A stretch of DNA of 64,000 nt from Patescibacteria group bacterium (GCA_038064515.1 JBBTSY010000004.1:96585-160584); one strand, 5' to 3'; counted from the stretch's first letter, positions 18,656 through 29,083 are shown. The notes: generated by a model from the sequence alone, not told the origin. Made by a program: numbers and translations.

Positions 18656-19971
18656 AGTTTTCGAAGCTTTGTGGCGAGATATATGAAAGAAGCGAGGTGC
18701 GAAACGGTATACCAAAGCGTAACCATCGCTACCGCTCCCCAGACATGAAATTCTCGGATGAGGATGATGCCCAGCGGTATTCCCGCTCCCAATGTGCAAA
18801 GATTAATAAGAATTGATGTTTTTACCCGATCAATCGCTCGCCACATCGGACCAAGCCCAACGCCAATGCCGAACAATGCTCCATATAGAAATAAGCCAAA
18901 TACATAGGGCACGCTGGGCATAAAAGCCTCGCCGTAGAGAATCTTAAACATAACGGGAGAGGCGATAATTGCTCCGGTTGTTATGAGAACTGATAAGCCC
19001 GTGGCATAGAGGGAAACACGGATAAAATGCGAGATTAATTTTTTCGAATTTTCGACCTGGATTTTCGGAAATTCGACATTTAGTAAAACAGAAATTGGCC
19101 CCAATAAACTCATGGCAAGACTAATATACCCGAATGAAAGTTTAAAATAAGTAACCTCCGTCGTTGTGATAAATAATCCCGCTAGAGCCACCGGTAATGA
19201 CATGTACAGCATGGCAATGTTTCGATCCAGAGAGACCCAAAGGCTTGGTTTTAATAATCGCCTCAAATTTGCTCTGCGCGCCGAATCCACGAGTATACTC
19301 AATGAAGGGATGAGCGCGTATCGCCGATGGAGATACATCCAAATTATTCCCGCGACGCATACGACAATCATAGCGCCAAACAAATGGCCGGCTACGGCGC
19401 CGAGAACCCCAAACCCTCCGATGACAAGCGCTAGCGAAAATCCATAGCGAACTGACTGGTCCGAAAGCGTTAGGAGCATCATGCCTCGAATATGTCCGGA
19501 GATTTGGAGCGCAAGCAACGTAAAAGAAAAAATCAGCGTCGAAATAACCGAAGCCGCCACAATAACCATCGCATAGAAACCAATATCAGTATTTCTATAA
19601 AACCGCCCTCCCGCCCACGGTAAAACCGTTGATACTACGAGCGTAAGAATAGCAGTCATTAAAATTAACTTCACCCAGAATGCCAAAATATGACCCACCT
19701 CTTCTTTATCACCCTGGAACCAGGCCCGACTGATAGCGGGAGTAATGGCATCCTGAATTCCGGTGCCGAGCAAAATGCTTGTCAGGCTGGCCAAGCTGAA
19801 TACCAATGCGTAGACACCAAATTGTTCAGGCTGAAGAAACCGAGCCAATAGAATACCGACAACAGCTTGGATCGCAGTCCCGAAAAAATTTCCTGCTTGG
19901 AGCGTAGCTACATTCCGGACAAATGAATGCTGGTAAAAATAAGTGATTTTTTCTTTTAAGGAAGGGGCCAT
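18652..19971 (-). CDS. Wzx-like oligosaccharide flippase
   Basis: LLARFLQPEQFGVYAL, about 12 TMs, ILYGEAF; lies in the glycan locus. Confidence 0.85.
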   Translation of the reverse strand: MAPSLKEKITYFYQHSFVRNVATLQAGNFFGTAIQAVVGILLARFLQPEQFGVYALVFSLASLTSILLGTGIQDAITPAISRAWFQGDKEEVGHILAFWVKLILMTAILTLVVSTVLPWAGGRFYRNTDIGFYAMVIVAASVISTLIFSFTLLALQISGHIRGMMLLTLSDQSVRYGFSLALVIGGFGVLGAVAGHLFGAMIVVCVAGIIWMYLHRRYALIPSLSILVDSARRANLRRLLKPSLWVSLDRNIAMLYMSLPVALAGLFITTTEVTYFKLSFGYISLAMSLLGPISVLLNVEFPKIQVENSKKLISHFIRVSLYATGLSVLITTGAIIASPVMFKILYGEAFMPSVPYVFGLFLYGALFGIGVGLGPMWRAIDRVKTSILINLCTLGAGIPLGIILIREFHVWGAVAMVTLWYTVSHLASFIYLATKLRKL

Positions 19972-20035
19972 GTACCTATAGAGTAGCTGAAATTCTTTGA
20001 TTGTAAAAGCGGTTGTTTTGCGATAGAGTAGCCCA

Positions 20036-21325
20036 ATGATGGATCGGTATAAGGAAGCTCTGCGTCAGCTTCTGCTCCGCCTACAGCAGTATACGAAGAC
20101 GGATATGATCTACCTCGCTCGAGGCGGTTTTTGGTCAACAGCTCCTTTTATCTTTAGTTCCGTCCTATCGATAGCCCTCGTCTGGGCTTTCGCGAATCTC
20201 CTTCCGAAAGATATTTATGGAACTTATAAATTCGTCATGTCTCTTTCTGGATCACTTAGCTTTCTCACTCTTACAGGAATTAATATCGCAGTTACTCAAG
20301 CTGCGGCGCGAGGCTACGAAGGAGTACTCCCTTATGCCCTTAAAATCCAATTGCGCTGGAATGTCCTTTTTACGATAGCAATGTTCGGAGTAGCTGGCTA
20401 CTATTTTATCCATAATAATGCGCTCATCGGCACTGCCGTATGCATTCTAGCGGTAACATTCCCTTTGACCACTTCTTTTAATACCTACGGCGCTTATCTT
20501 TTCGGAAAAAAACAATTCCGACAGATTGCAGGATATCAAATTTTTACCAGTTTTTTTTATATAGCCGCTATGGTGAGTATTCTCGCTGTTACCGACAATC
20601 TTTTATTCATTATCACCGTCTATGCTCTTGGTAGCCTTACCCCTCTCCTCTTTTTCTATTACCGCACTCTGCAATTAAGTGGTGAGCAGAGTCAGTTTTT
20701 AGCCGAACAAAAAGCTCAATTTCTAAACTATCTCAAGCACCTTAGTGTGATGAATATTTTCTCCACGCTTTCGCAATATGTAGATAAAATTGTTGTATTC
20801 CATTATTTAGGAGCTGTAGAACTGGCCGTATACGGAATTGCTTTAGCGATACCCGAGCGTATCCGCGGATATTTTAAAACCCTCACCGCATTAGTGATGC
20901 CGAAAGTTTCCGGAAAAGAGATTATAGACCTCCGAAAAACCTTCTATATGCGCTTATCCCAAGCTTTTCTCCTTGGGCTCTTAATAAGCATTTCTTATAT
21001 TATAGCTACTCCGCACATATTTAAACTCCTGTTACCTGCATACCCCGAGTCAGTTCGGTATTCGCAAGTAATTGCTCTTGTTTTTATTTTTTTGCTCCCG
21101 GGGACCTACATCGCAGAAATATTCCGTGCCCATGCTATGATTCGCGCCCTATACCTCAGTAGCGTCATCGCGCATATATCGAGGATTATTCTTTTCATCG
21201 CATTTGGAATTATGTGGGGAGTGTGGGGGGTCATTATTGCCTCCCTTACTGTTACCTTCGTGGGACTCTTCTGGAATATTCTCCTATGGGAGATCGAATC
21301 TCGTCGTCGGATCGCTACCTTTTAG
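20036..21325 (+). CDS. Wzx-like oligosaccharide flippase (second, divergently transcribed)
   Basis: FANLLPKDIYGTYKF, DKIVVFHYLGAVELAVYGIA, multi-TM. Confidence 0.85.
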   Translation: MMDRYKEALRQLLLRLQQYTKTDMIYLARGGFWSTAPFIFSSVLSIALVWAFANLLPKDIYGTYKFVMSLSGSLSFLTLTGINIAVTQAAARGYEGVLPYALKIQLRWNVLFTIAMFGVAGYYFIHNNALIGTAVCILAVTFPLTTSFNTYGAYLFGKKQFRQIAGYQIFTSFFYIAAMVSILAVTDNLLFIITVYALGSLTPLLFFYYRTLQLSGEQSQFLAEQKAQFLNYLKHLSVMNIFSTLSQYVDKIVVFHYLGAVELAVYGIALAIPERIRGYFKTLTALVMPKVSGKEIIDLRKTFYMRLSQAFLLGLLISISYIIATPHIFKLLLPAYPESVRYSQVIALVFIFLLPGTYIAEIFRAHAMIRALYLSSVIAHISRIILFIAFGIMWGVWGVIIASLTVTFVGLFWNILLWEIESRRRIATF

Positions 21326-22043
21326 GAATGAAAACAAAGAGTCCTTGAGCCGCAAGAGATGGCTGTATTCTCTTTAAGAATGGGATACCTTGGTATGCAA
21401 TAAGTTGATAGTTTTGATAATTTAATTGCGAGAGCCACCATCGCATATCCCTTAAAGTCCAAAAACGGACATGTTCAGAAGGATGAGCGCGCCATTGAAG
21501 CGGAAACTTTCCAAAGAGTAACCGCAACCGATGGGAAATAAAACCGGTGTTGGGCACCGAAAAAAAGACGCCTTTGCGGGCATTGCTGAAAGCCCAATTC
21601 AAGAGATCTTCTGAAGATGGGGTATGTTCGATTACTTCGAACAGAAAGATATAATCTACTGGGGGTAACAATTGCCGCTCGGCAAGCATAGAGATATCCG
21701 CATGGATTCCATTAATTCCATTCTCGCGGATCATGCGAAGGGCATCGTCAGAAATATCGACACCGATTAGATAACGCATCGGCTTCCGTTTATTAATGTC
21801 CAGTAGCACGGCGCCATTACCAGCACCGATATCCATTATTGAACTGCCTGCTTCCAAGTAACGCAAGGCGAGATTCGCTCGATCTTGTTGAAACTCATTT
21901 AAGCTTTTAGCCGATAACTTTCGTTCATGCCAATAGCGATTATATTTGGTATCATGCTCCCGAAGGGTCGGGTAGATGAACAGCGAAACCCAGAGCTGTT
22001 TGACCCAGTATAGTTTATCTTTAATTTTTTTGATGATTGACAT
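21315..22043 (-). CDS. Class I SAM-dependent methyltransferase (MetW-like)
   Basis: MDIGAGNG, GVDIS, FEVIEH, SVPN, HVRFWT. ORF track start 22058. Confidence 0.85.
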   Translation of the reverse strand: MSIIKKIKDKLYWVKQLWVSLFIYPTLREHDTKYNRYWHERKLSAKSLNEFQQDRANLALRYLEAGSSIMDIGAGNGAVLLDINKRKPMRYLIGVDISDDALRMIRENGINGIHADISMLAERQLLPPVDYIFLFEVIEHTPSSEDLLNWAFSNARKGVFFSVPNTGFISHRLRLLFGKFPLQWRAHPSEHVRFWTLRDMRWWLSQLNYQNYQLIAYQGIPFLKRIQPSLAAQGLFVFIPKR

Positions 22044-22941
22044 GACTATTTTGAGCAATTATGAATATATGATCCTGGCGCCCAAGGAGTGTAATGCCGG
22101 CAATAAGAATCCCTTTCAGGAGCTTCCGCAGAATACTCTCTGGAGTTGTCTTATCCGTGCTCAAAGTATGTGATTTCATGACGAGCCGCTTGCGTTTCAA
22201 ACTGGGACCCCAAAAATAGTGTAAAAGCTTCCGAATATTTAAATCATTGAGTTCGTAGTTTCGCTTACGTATACATATAATTGAAAATCCGAGTTGCGTA
22301 AGCATTGAAGATATCCCTTGGTCAGAGAAGTAAAAAAGATGTTCCAGGGCAATAAACTTCCAGGCTGGCCCGTCTTTGCGGGCAAGGTAGCTATTGAAGT
22401 TCGGCACTTCAATGCATAATAACCCGTTGGTGTTGAGACGGTGACGAATCTCGTGAAGCAATGCTATGGGATTAGAAATATGCTCAAGAACATGGAAGAT
22501 CGTAATCACATCAAAAGTTTTCCCTTCCGACAGGTTCTGAAGAGTGCCTTGGACAACCGAGATTCCCCGCTCCTGTGCCCAAGCAACAGCAGATGTGTTC
22601 AGCTCAATCCCAAGGGCATCGAAGCCGGATAACTGCGCCTCTCGGACAAAGAACCCCGTATGGGCGCCTATATCCAAAAGTGTTTTGTGCCAGGGTTGCA
22701 CATGATGCCGGATAATCTTTAGAATTTCTCGGGCATTATCGCGGATATTTTTCAGACGATAGGGCTGCAAAAGCACGCCGGCATAATTTTCCGCTCTCTG
22801 ATAATATGATTCCGGCTGATACGGAATAATTTCCGGAGTCAAAAACCCCGTCAAACACTTTCGACACTGGAGGATTTCAGGCATTTCCGAAAAAGCTGGT
22901 TTTATCACATTGCTTCCGCAGATTTTACAGATCGTACTCAT
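22021..22941 (-). CDS. Class I SAM methyltransferase with N-terminal CxxC..CxxC zinc ribbon
   Basis: CKIC..CRKC, LDIGAHTG, FHVLEHI, IEVPN, EHLFYFS. Confidence 0.87.
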   Translation of the reverse strand: MSTICKICGSNVIKPAFSEMPEILQCRKCLTGFLTPEIIPYQPESYYQRAENYAGVLLQPYRLKNIRDNAREILKIIRHHVQPWHKTLLDIGAHTGFFVREAQLSGFDALGIELNTSAVAWAQERGISVVQGTLQNLSEGKTFDVITIFHVLEHISNPIALLHEIRHRLNTNGLLCIEVPNFNSYLARKDGPAWKFIALEHLFYFSDQGISSMLTQLGFSIICIRKRNYELNDLNIRKLLHYFWGPSLKRKRLVMKSHTLSTDKTTPESILRKLLKGILIAGITLLGRQDHIFIIAQNSHVNHQKN

Positions 22942-23882
22942 CGATAAGCAATCATGAGAGACATTTCTTTTCGGAACGCAACGACCGGATGAGCAAAGAT
23001 GCGGTTTGTCGGCTCAAGAATAAACTTGTGATTAAAGCGTGGTCCAGGAAGTATTGGATTTATGATTCGCTGTAGAGTAATCGGTAGAACCGCAAGAACA
23101 TTCTTTACCAGATGCGCCACACCGGATCCAACTGGCCGATCAAGGTATGCGTAGTAAAACTGGGAGAAGCCGGCACGCTCAAACGCTGCTCTCCAATCCT
23201 TGAGCCGATACTCGCGCTCGCCGTTCATGCGCCGCGTCAGCGGTTGATCAGGAGGTAAACCGAACTGCCGTTTGTAGTCCGCCGGATACTCGATATCAAG
23301 AAGTTCATTCAGGCCCTCCTGGGTATATCGATCTGGTCGTGCTTTATCAAGACAGAGCACAAAACCTCCTGGCTTGAGAACACGACCTAACTCTTTGAGC
23401 GTCACGTCAATATTTGATGAATGGTGTAACGAAAAAAAATCAAAAACAAAATCAACTGAGGCATCCGCCAATTGGATATCATCGAAACTACCGATTGCAC
23501 CGATAACTTTATCAGTATGATCGCCAAGAACATGACTGATAATTTTTGGCGCTAAATACTCGACAATCGGTTGGCAAATCTCAACACCATATATTTTCTC
23601 TACCGCTGGTCGGCGAGCAAGAATCGAACTGAACGTCAGAGAACCGGCTCCAACCTCGAGACCAATACCCTCAAGCAATTTCTTTAAGAAGTGCCGCTCT
23701 ATGTACGTAAAAAGTTCCTCGATGTCTTTAACCGTAATGTTGGGCACAACTCCATCAAACGTCAGCTCCCGGATGATGCTCATAGGCTCACTGTTTTTTA
23801 GATTTAAAGCAAACTTTGTCCGGTAGTTCTGTTCCGCTTCGCGCTTTAATTCAGGATCAATTGGCCAGTGTTCAATCTGCAT
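22938..23882 (-). CDS. Class I SAM-dependent methyltransferase
   Basis: LEVGAG, SVDFV..SLHH, ELGRVLKPGG. Confidence 0.85.
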   Translation of the reverse strand: MQIEHWPIDPELKREAEQNYRTKFALNLKNSEPMSIIRELTFDGVVPNITVKDIEELFTYIERHFLKKLLEGIGLEVGAGSLTFSSILARRPAVEKIYGVEICQPIVEYLAPKIISHVLGDHTDKVIGAIGSFDDIQLADASVDFVFDFFSLHHSSNIDVTLKELGRVLKPGGFVLCLDKARPDRYTQEGLNELLDIEYPADYKRQFGLPPDQPLTRRMNGEREYRLKDWRAAFERAGFSQFYYAYLDRPVGSGVAHLVKNVLAVLPITLQRIINPILPGPRFNHKFILEPTNRIFAHPVVAFRKEMSLMIAYR

Positions 23883-23993
23883 AGCTCAATACTACACATT
23901 TTAAATAATTATTCAAAAGAAAACGGCTTGATGTCATCGCACCGTTTTCGTATATCTCCAAATCGCTACTGGAAGGTAGGTTTAATAAGAAAG

Positions 23994-25007
23994 CTATACT
24001 TTTCGCAATTTTTCCCGAATGGGAATTTCTGAAGGCAATACCCGTTTTATGCCGTCCCCGTGAGCTTTTTCCATAATTCGTACGTCACGAATGAGTTGAG
24101 CAAATTCTTGTGGCTCAAGACTCGCCGATTGATCGGTGCCAAACATCTTTTTATCGAGCGTGATATGTCGCTCGATCATGTGTGCACCGACATTTGCGGC
24201 AGCCAGCGTCGGAATTAATCCCTTTTCGTGGCCGCTATACCCGATAGGAACCGTTGGAAATTCCTGTCGCATTTTTGTAATAACTCGAATGTTTAATTCG
24301 CTGTCTTCGGAGGGATAAGTTGAAACTGTGTGTAAGAGGATGAGGTTTTGAGTCCCTAAGACTTCTACGGCCTTTGAAACTTCTCCGCTAGTGCTCATGC
24401 CGGTTGACAAGATAACAGGTTTACCCGTTGCACGTGCTTTGCGAAGAAGATCATGATCGGTAAGATTCGCGGACGCAATTTTGCAGCAAGGCACGTTGAG
24501 CCGTTCAAGAACATCAACACTCTCCAAATCCCACGGAGAAGCAAATGCAAGCAATCCTTTCGATTTTGCATAATCAAACAAACCGCGATACTCAGCCTCC
24601 GTAAACTCAAGTGCCCATTTTAAGTCGCCGTTGGTACTGTCTTTAAAATCAGATTTCTGAAGACGTACTACGGCCTCCGGCGACAATACGCCACGATTTA
24701 TAGCATTCTCGAGTACTGTTCGATCTACAGCACGCGGCTTGGCGAGTTCTTCTGGCAAATATACGACTGGCACCGTGCGCTTTTGAAATTTTACCGCTTG
24801 AGCTCCGGCTTCAGATGCGGCATCAATGAGTCTCTTCGCAATCTCAATGCTCCCATTGTGATTGATCCCGATTTCTGCGACAAAAAAACAAGGGCGACTT
24901 CTCCCAATCGGAATGCTGGCGATAAAGACATCTTGAGTTGTTGGGGCGGGCCTCCCCAGGATAAACCGTACAAGTCGAGCCCCAAAATTTCTTGGTATCT
25001 TGATCAT
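23994..25007 (-). CDS. neuB: Nonulosonate (sialic acid/Kdn-type) synthase, NeuB family
   Basis: AEIGINHNG, AVKFQKR, KIASA, ILSTGMS, HTVSTYP, GYSGHE, IERHITLD; lacks the C-terminal antifreeze-like domain. Confidence 0.9.
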   Translation of the reverse strand: MIKIPRNFGARLVRFILGRPAPTTQDVFIASIPIGRSRPCFFVAEIGINHNGSIEIAKRLIDAASEAGAQAVKFQKRTVPVVYLPEELAKPRAVDRTVLENAINRGVLSPEAVVRLQKSDFKDSTNGDLKWALEFTEAEYRGLFDYAKSKGLLAFASPWDLESVDVLERLNVPCCKIASANLTDHDLLRKARATGKPVILSTGMSTSGEVSKAVEVLGTQNLILLHTVSTYPSEDSELNIRVITKMRQEFPTVPIGYSGHEKGLIPTLAAANVGAHMIERHITLDKKMFGTDQSASLEPQEFAQLIRDVRIMEKAHGDGIKRVLPSEIPIREKLRKV

Positions 25008-25028
25008 TTTTCAATTATAATATACCAA

Positions 25029-25907
25029 CTATATGACTGTCCAGCCACCATCCACCAGTAGATTGTGCCCCGTTACATAACTAGAAGCATCGGAAGCTAA
25101 GAAGATCAGGGGCCCAACAAGTTCATGTACTTTCCCACAGCGACTAAGCACCATCTTTTTTGCGAGACTGGGTAAGAACCCATCATCATATTCCTTCCCC
25201 GCCTTATGATGTCCTTCTTTCAGATTCGGAATAGCACCAGGTGAGAGCGCGTTAACTCGAACCGGAGCCAAAAAAGAGGCGCTGTAGCGAGTCCAGTGTA
25301 GGAGTCCCGCTTTTACGACACTGTACGCAGGTGGATTTATAGAGTGTTTGAATCCTTCATAGGTGGTAGGGCTTGGAGCTATCACACCTAATGAAGAGGT
25401 GATATTGATAATTGATCCTCCGCCTCGCTCTTTCATGGCAAGGCCAAATTTCTTTGTCGATTGAACTGCCCACCAGATTCCAGCCTCAAATGCATTCCTG
25501 AATTCGTCATGAGTAGCACTTTTGATTGTCTCGCGTCTCCTAAGATAAAAACCTGTTTGAGAACCAAACACAAACGCATTATTGATAAGAATATCAACCT
25601 GGTGTTCCTTGAGAATTTTAGTGTAGACCTTATCTGTCGCTTTCTCATCAAAGAGATTAACTTCATGCCAAAAAGTTCTGCCCGGGTATTCTCCCTTAAA
25701 CGAATCCCGTACCTCATAACCAACCTCTGGTTTTTCGATAACAATTACTCTTGCTCCAGAGTCCAAAAGCCCGCGCACAAACTCTTTGCCAAAGTATCCC
25801 GCTCCACCCGTAATGAGAGCAGTTTTCCCAGCCAAAGAGAAAAGGGACGGCCCTGCATTTTGCACCTTATGAGTACGTGTTTTATTTTTTCTCATCTTTC
25901 TCTTCAT
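25029..25907 (-). CDS. SDR oxidoreductase (PtmA-like)
   Basis: TGGAGYFG, LINNA, YSVVK (YxxxK), RVNALSPG, SSYVTGHNLLVDGG. Confidence 0.9.
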   Translation of the reverse strand: MKRKMRKNKTRTHKVQNAGPSLFSLAGKTALITGGAGYFGKEFVRGLLDSGARVIVIEKPEVGYEVRDSFKGEYPGRTFWHEVNLFDEKATDKVYTKILKEHQVDILINNAFVFGSQTGFYLRRRETIKSATHDEFRNAFEAGIWWAVQSTKKFGLAMKERGGGSIINITSSLGVIAPSPTTYEGFKHSINPPAYSVVKAGLLHWTRYSASFLAPVRVNALSPGAIPNLKEGHHKAGKEYDDGFLPSLAKKMVLSRCGKVHELVGPLIFLASDASSYVTGHNLLVDGGWTVI

Positions 25908-25919
25908 AATATCCGTTTA

Positions 25920-26486
25920 TTATCGAATCTTATTCTGACTAGCTTTGGCTCGAACAATCAAGTCACAGACTTCCCGAACCGCTCCATCCCCACCTTTCTG
26001 TCTGGTAACATAGTCGGCTACTTTTTTTGCTTCTGTAGCACCGTCAGCCACACAAGCCGAGACACCGACAATTTTCATAATATCAACATCATTCGTACTG
26101 TCACCGACAAAACATATATCTTTTAAATTCGTTTTAGGGCAATTCTCTTTCAGCCATTCTTTTAGTCCAGCAACTTTATCTTTGTTTTGGACCAAAGGTA
26201 CACCTAATTTCCAAGCCCGAGCCTGAACATAACCACTTCGTTGCGTAGTTAAAATAAGAACTGAAATTCCCTCTTTTCGCACCAGGTCTATACCTTGCCC
26301 GTCTTGATGGGAAAATCTTGCGGACTCAAAAACATAAACAAAATCACGGCCGGTGTGTTGGCTAGCTACTTCCTTGGTCATAATCACGCCCGTATCAAGA
26401 TATAGGGGAGTTAAAACTCCATCACAATCAAGGGCAAGAACCCTAATTTGCTTGAATTTTTGAAGTAATTTTGCAGAAATATTCAT
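25920..26486 (-). CDS. KdsC/YrbI-family HAD phosphatase (Kdo8P/Kdn9P phosphatase-like)
   Basis: LDCDGVLT, DGQGI, VGDSTND, GGDGAVRE; GGAG upstream of ATG 26486 (ORF track start 26507). Confidence 0.85.
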   Translation of the reverse strand: MNISAKLLQKFKQIRVLALDCDGVLTPLYLDTGVIMTKEVASQHTGRDFVYVFESARFSHQDGQGIDLVRKEGISVLILTTQRSGYVQARAWKLGVPLVQNKDKVAGLKEWLKENCPKTNLKDICFVGDSTNDVDIMKIVGVSACVADGATEAKKVADYVTRQKGGDGAVREVCDLIVRAKASQNKIR

Positions 26487-26553
26487 ATACTCCTGTACCC
26501 CTGTCACTGTATCAAGATTCCCAAAGAATGTGAATACTTAGTATAGTCACGAA

Positions 26554-26582
26554 TTGACAAAAGTCAAGTTTTCCGGTACATT
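26554..26582 (+). promoter_or_regulatory. Sigma70-like promoter of the radical SAM gene
   Basis: TTGACA-N17-TACATT, with AAGGAG just before ATG 26661. A divergent TTGACT..TATACT overlaps on the minus strand. Confidence 0.55.
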
Positions 26583-26660
26583 ATCCGGTGTGAACATTGA
26601 CAACAGAGATCCACAAACTTCATACGGCGTACTGCGCAATCTAACAGAAAAGGAGACCAC

Positions 26661-28403
26661 ATGGGTATCGCACTGCCCGTTCGTGACACTGCAACGGGTG
26701 CCCATGTGCACCCTGCAGACGTGATCAAGGGCATCACCTATCGCGACCTGAAAGGCGCTCGGGTGGTGTTCATCAATATGCCCCTGCGAGAGACAGCTCG
26801 ACCAAACACCACGCCAGAAGGCCCGTTGCTCATGGCAACCAACCTCCGACGAAACTGCGGCGTTGATGCCACCATCGTAGATCTTAACGCGTACCGCATC
26901 TGCGACGAGGTTGCCACGACGCGTGGCCTGAAGTGGGGTCGCCACCTGACACACGCGGAAACGTTTGGGCTCATCCAGCGCCACATTCGCCACCACGGCG
27001 AGCCTGATGTAGTCGCTCTGTCTGGCAAGATTACCACTCTAAAGTGGCAGGAAGAGATCGTGAGAATTATCCGGCGACTCTTGCCCAACGTGTTTCTGGT
27101 ATCCGGCGGCGGGCTGGCAACCGAACTGAAGACAGGGTTGTTCAGCTACATCCCAGGGTTAGACGGCGTTGCGCATTCCGAAGGCGACGATGTGATCATC
27201 AAGATCGTCTATGACGGTTTAACCATCAAGCGATACGGCATCGAATCGGCGCTGAACAGCGGGAAGCTCCAGCCGTATTACATCAGTAAGATCAACGGCC
27301 GGCACCGTTTCCTGTATGCGGGCGATCGGCCGCATAACCTGAATGCGTTACCTCACGCTGATCTGGAACTTCTGCGCGAGGACGTAGACGGCAACCCCAT
27401 CCTGGATTGGTATTTGAATGTACCGGCCTGGAGCGCCACAGCCAACAATTCGTCGGCCGCTCCATGGAGAGATGAGGATGTCGTGCCTAAGACGACATCA
27501 GTCTCCAGCCGCGGATGTCCATACCATTGCTTCTACTGCTTCCGCAAGACGCAGGGCGAACAACTGTGGGGAGTGCGTTCGGCAGAGCACATCATGCGAG
27601 AGCTTCATGAGCACATTGAGCGCTATGGCATCAAGTTTCATGGTTTCCCCGATGACAACTTTGCGGTAACTCTGGGCAGGATCAAGGATTTGAACAGCTT
27701 GGTTGCCTGGGGAACCCACACCCGTCTGGATGAAGTCGCGGGCCTGAACAAGATCACCAAAGGCACCGCCGAGGTCATGGCCAAGGCCGGCTGCAAGTAT
27801 ATTGGCTTCGGCCCCGAGAGCGCAAGCGCAAAAGTCCTGGAGGCAATCGGTAAGGGCGGCCACACGTTGAGCAACGGCTTCACTGCCGTTACCGTGGATG
27901 GTCAACCGCACGAGTTCCCGCGCTCCATGATCTTGGGCATCCAGAATGCTGCCCGCGTGGGTATCCACGGCAACTGCACCTGGATCGTCGGCTCACCTAC
28001 CGAAACGCTCCAAGACGTCAAGGAGAGCGTGCTGTTCATGCTCTGGCAGACGGAGTTCTACGCCCGGTTCGGCGCCAGCTCGAAATCGGTCAATACTCGG
28101 ATGTTCACCATGACCTGGTACCCAGGCGTCACCCTGATCAACCATCCCAAGGTCCGTTCGGAGCTCGCGCGCATCTTCGGCCTGACGTTCCAAGAGCTTC
28201 TGGTTAAAATTCCGGGTAAGGAACACTGGGAGCCGATCATAGATGAGAACTTCTACCGATATCTGCGCGAGCTGGACGATGCCACCAAGGTACTGGAGAA
28301 GAACGGTGAACCCCTCAACTTCGGCAACATGCCAACTGACACGTTCCTCAAAGTCCGCGAGCTGATCGACTCCGACCGCACACTGGACATCCTTTCGCTG
28401 TAA
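26661..28403 (+). CDS. B12-binding-domain radical SAM protein
   Basis: N-terminal cobalamin-binding-like fold (VDLN, DVVALSG, GGGLAT, EGD), SRGCPYHCFYC (CxxxCxxC), DDNF, GPESAS; visibly higher GC than flanks. Confidence 0.87.
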   Translation: MGIALPVRDTATGAHVHPADVIKGITYRDLKGARVVFINMPLRETARPNTTPEGPLLMATNLRRNCGVDATIVDLNAYRICDEVATTRGLKWGRHLTHAETFGLIQRHIRHHGEPDVVALSGKITTLKWQEEIVRIIRRLLPNVFLVSGGGLATELKTGLFSYIPGLDGVAHSEGDDVIIKIVYDGLTIKRYGIESALNSGKLQPYYISKINGRHRFLYAGDRPHNLNALPHADLELLREDVDGNPILDWYLNVPAWSATANNSSAAPWRDEDVVPKTTSVSSRGCPYHCFYCFRKTQGEQLWGVRSAEHIMRELHEHIERYGIKFHGFPDDNFAVTLGRIKDLNSLVAWGTHTRLDEVAGLNKITKGTAEVMAKAGCKYIGFGPESASAKVLEAIGKGGHTLSNGFTAVTVDGQPHEFPRSMILGIQNAARVGIHGNCTWIVGSPTETLQDVKESVLFMLWQTEFYARFGASSKSVNTRMFTMTWYPGVTLINHPKVRSELARIFGLTFQELLVKIPGKEHWEPIIDENFYRYLRELDDATKVLEKNGEPLNFGNMPTDTFLKVRELIDSDRTLDILSL

Positions 28404-28427
28404 CCAGTCCCCCTCGTTCCCACCCCC

Positions 28428-28458
28428 GCCCGCCGGCACACCACCGGCGGGCTTTTTT
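28428..28458 (+). terminator. Intrinsic terminator after the radical SAM gene
   Basis: GCCCGCCGGCACACCACCGGCGGGC followed by TTTTTT. Confidence 0.8.
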
Positions 28459-29083
28459 ATTCAAAAGTAAGCTTGAGCGGATCGATGCCCTTGGCTTCAA
28501 GGATAAAGTTGGCGAGGTCGCGAAATGCTCCAGAACCACCTTCGCGCTCAGAAACAAAGTGAGCAATATTGCGAATAACCTTTTCTGCCTGCGCGGGTGC
28601 CGCACGGAGCGCAACTTTTTGGAGTAACGGCACATCCAAAATGTCATCAGCCATGTACGCACACACATCAAACGATTTACCAATGGTCTTGAGCCACTCT
28701 TCAGCCGTATGAACTTTTTTCACACCCCCCACACCCATGTAAAGCGTCACTGGCCTCCAGCCGGGGCCCATCTTCTTACTCCGGGAAGAGGGGGATGAGT
28801 TCCATTTTTTCACCATATCAATGATCGAACGAGCTCGAGGGCCATGCTCATTCGTAATCAAGCAAATAGGAATACCGATACTGCGAAGTAAATGAAGTCC
28901 TTGTCCATCATAGTAACTACGGAATTTGGGCTTGTACGGCGTGCCCTCAAGGACACGATTGTCGTTGAAAACTCCATCAACATTAGAAATTACCACCTCA
29001 ATACGCCCGGCCAAGGCGTAGAGTTCTTTATTACTAATACTTTTTATCTTCATATTCTTTTTCATAGTACCTAATGTAGACAA
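28457..29083 (-). CDS. Second KdsC/YrbI-family HAD protein (nucleophile Asp replaced by Asn)
   Basis: ISNVDGVF, DGQGL, MADDILD, GGSGAFRD. Confidence 0.8.
   Translation of the reverse strand: MSTLGTMKKNMKIKSISNKELYALAGRIEVVISNVDGVFNDNRVLEGTPYKPKFRSYYDGQGLHLLRSIGIPICLITNEHGPRARSIIDMVKKWNSSPSSRSKKMGPGWRPVTLYMGVGGVKKVHTAEEWLKTIGKSFDVCAYMADDILDVPLLQKVALRAAPAQAEKVIRNIAHFVSEREGGSGAFRDLANFILEAKGIDPLKLTFE

Noticed and set aside
26547-28444. Several long minus-strand ORFs overlapping the radical SAM gene
   Set aside because: Shadow ORFs expected in GC-rich coding DNA; no recognisable motifs.
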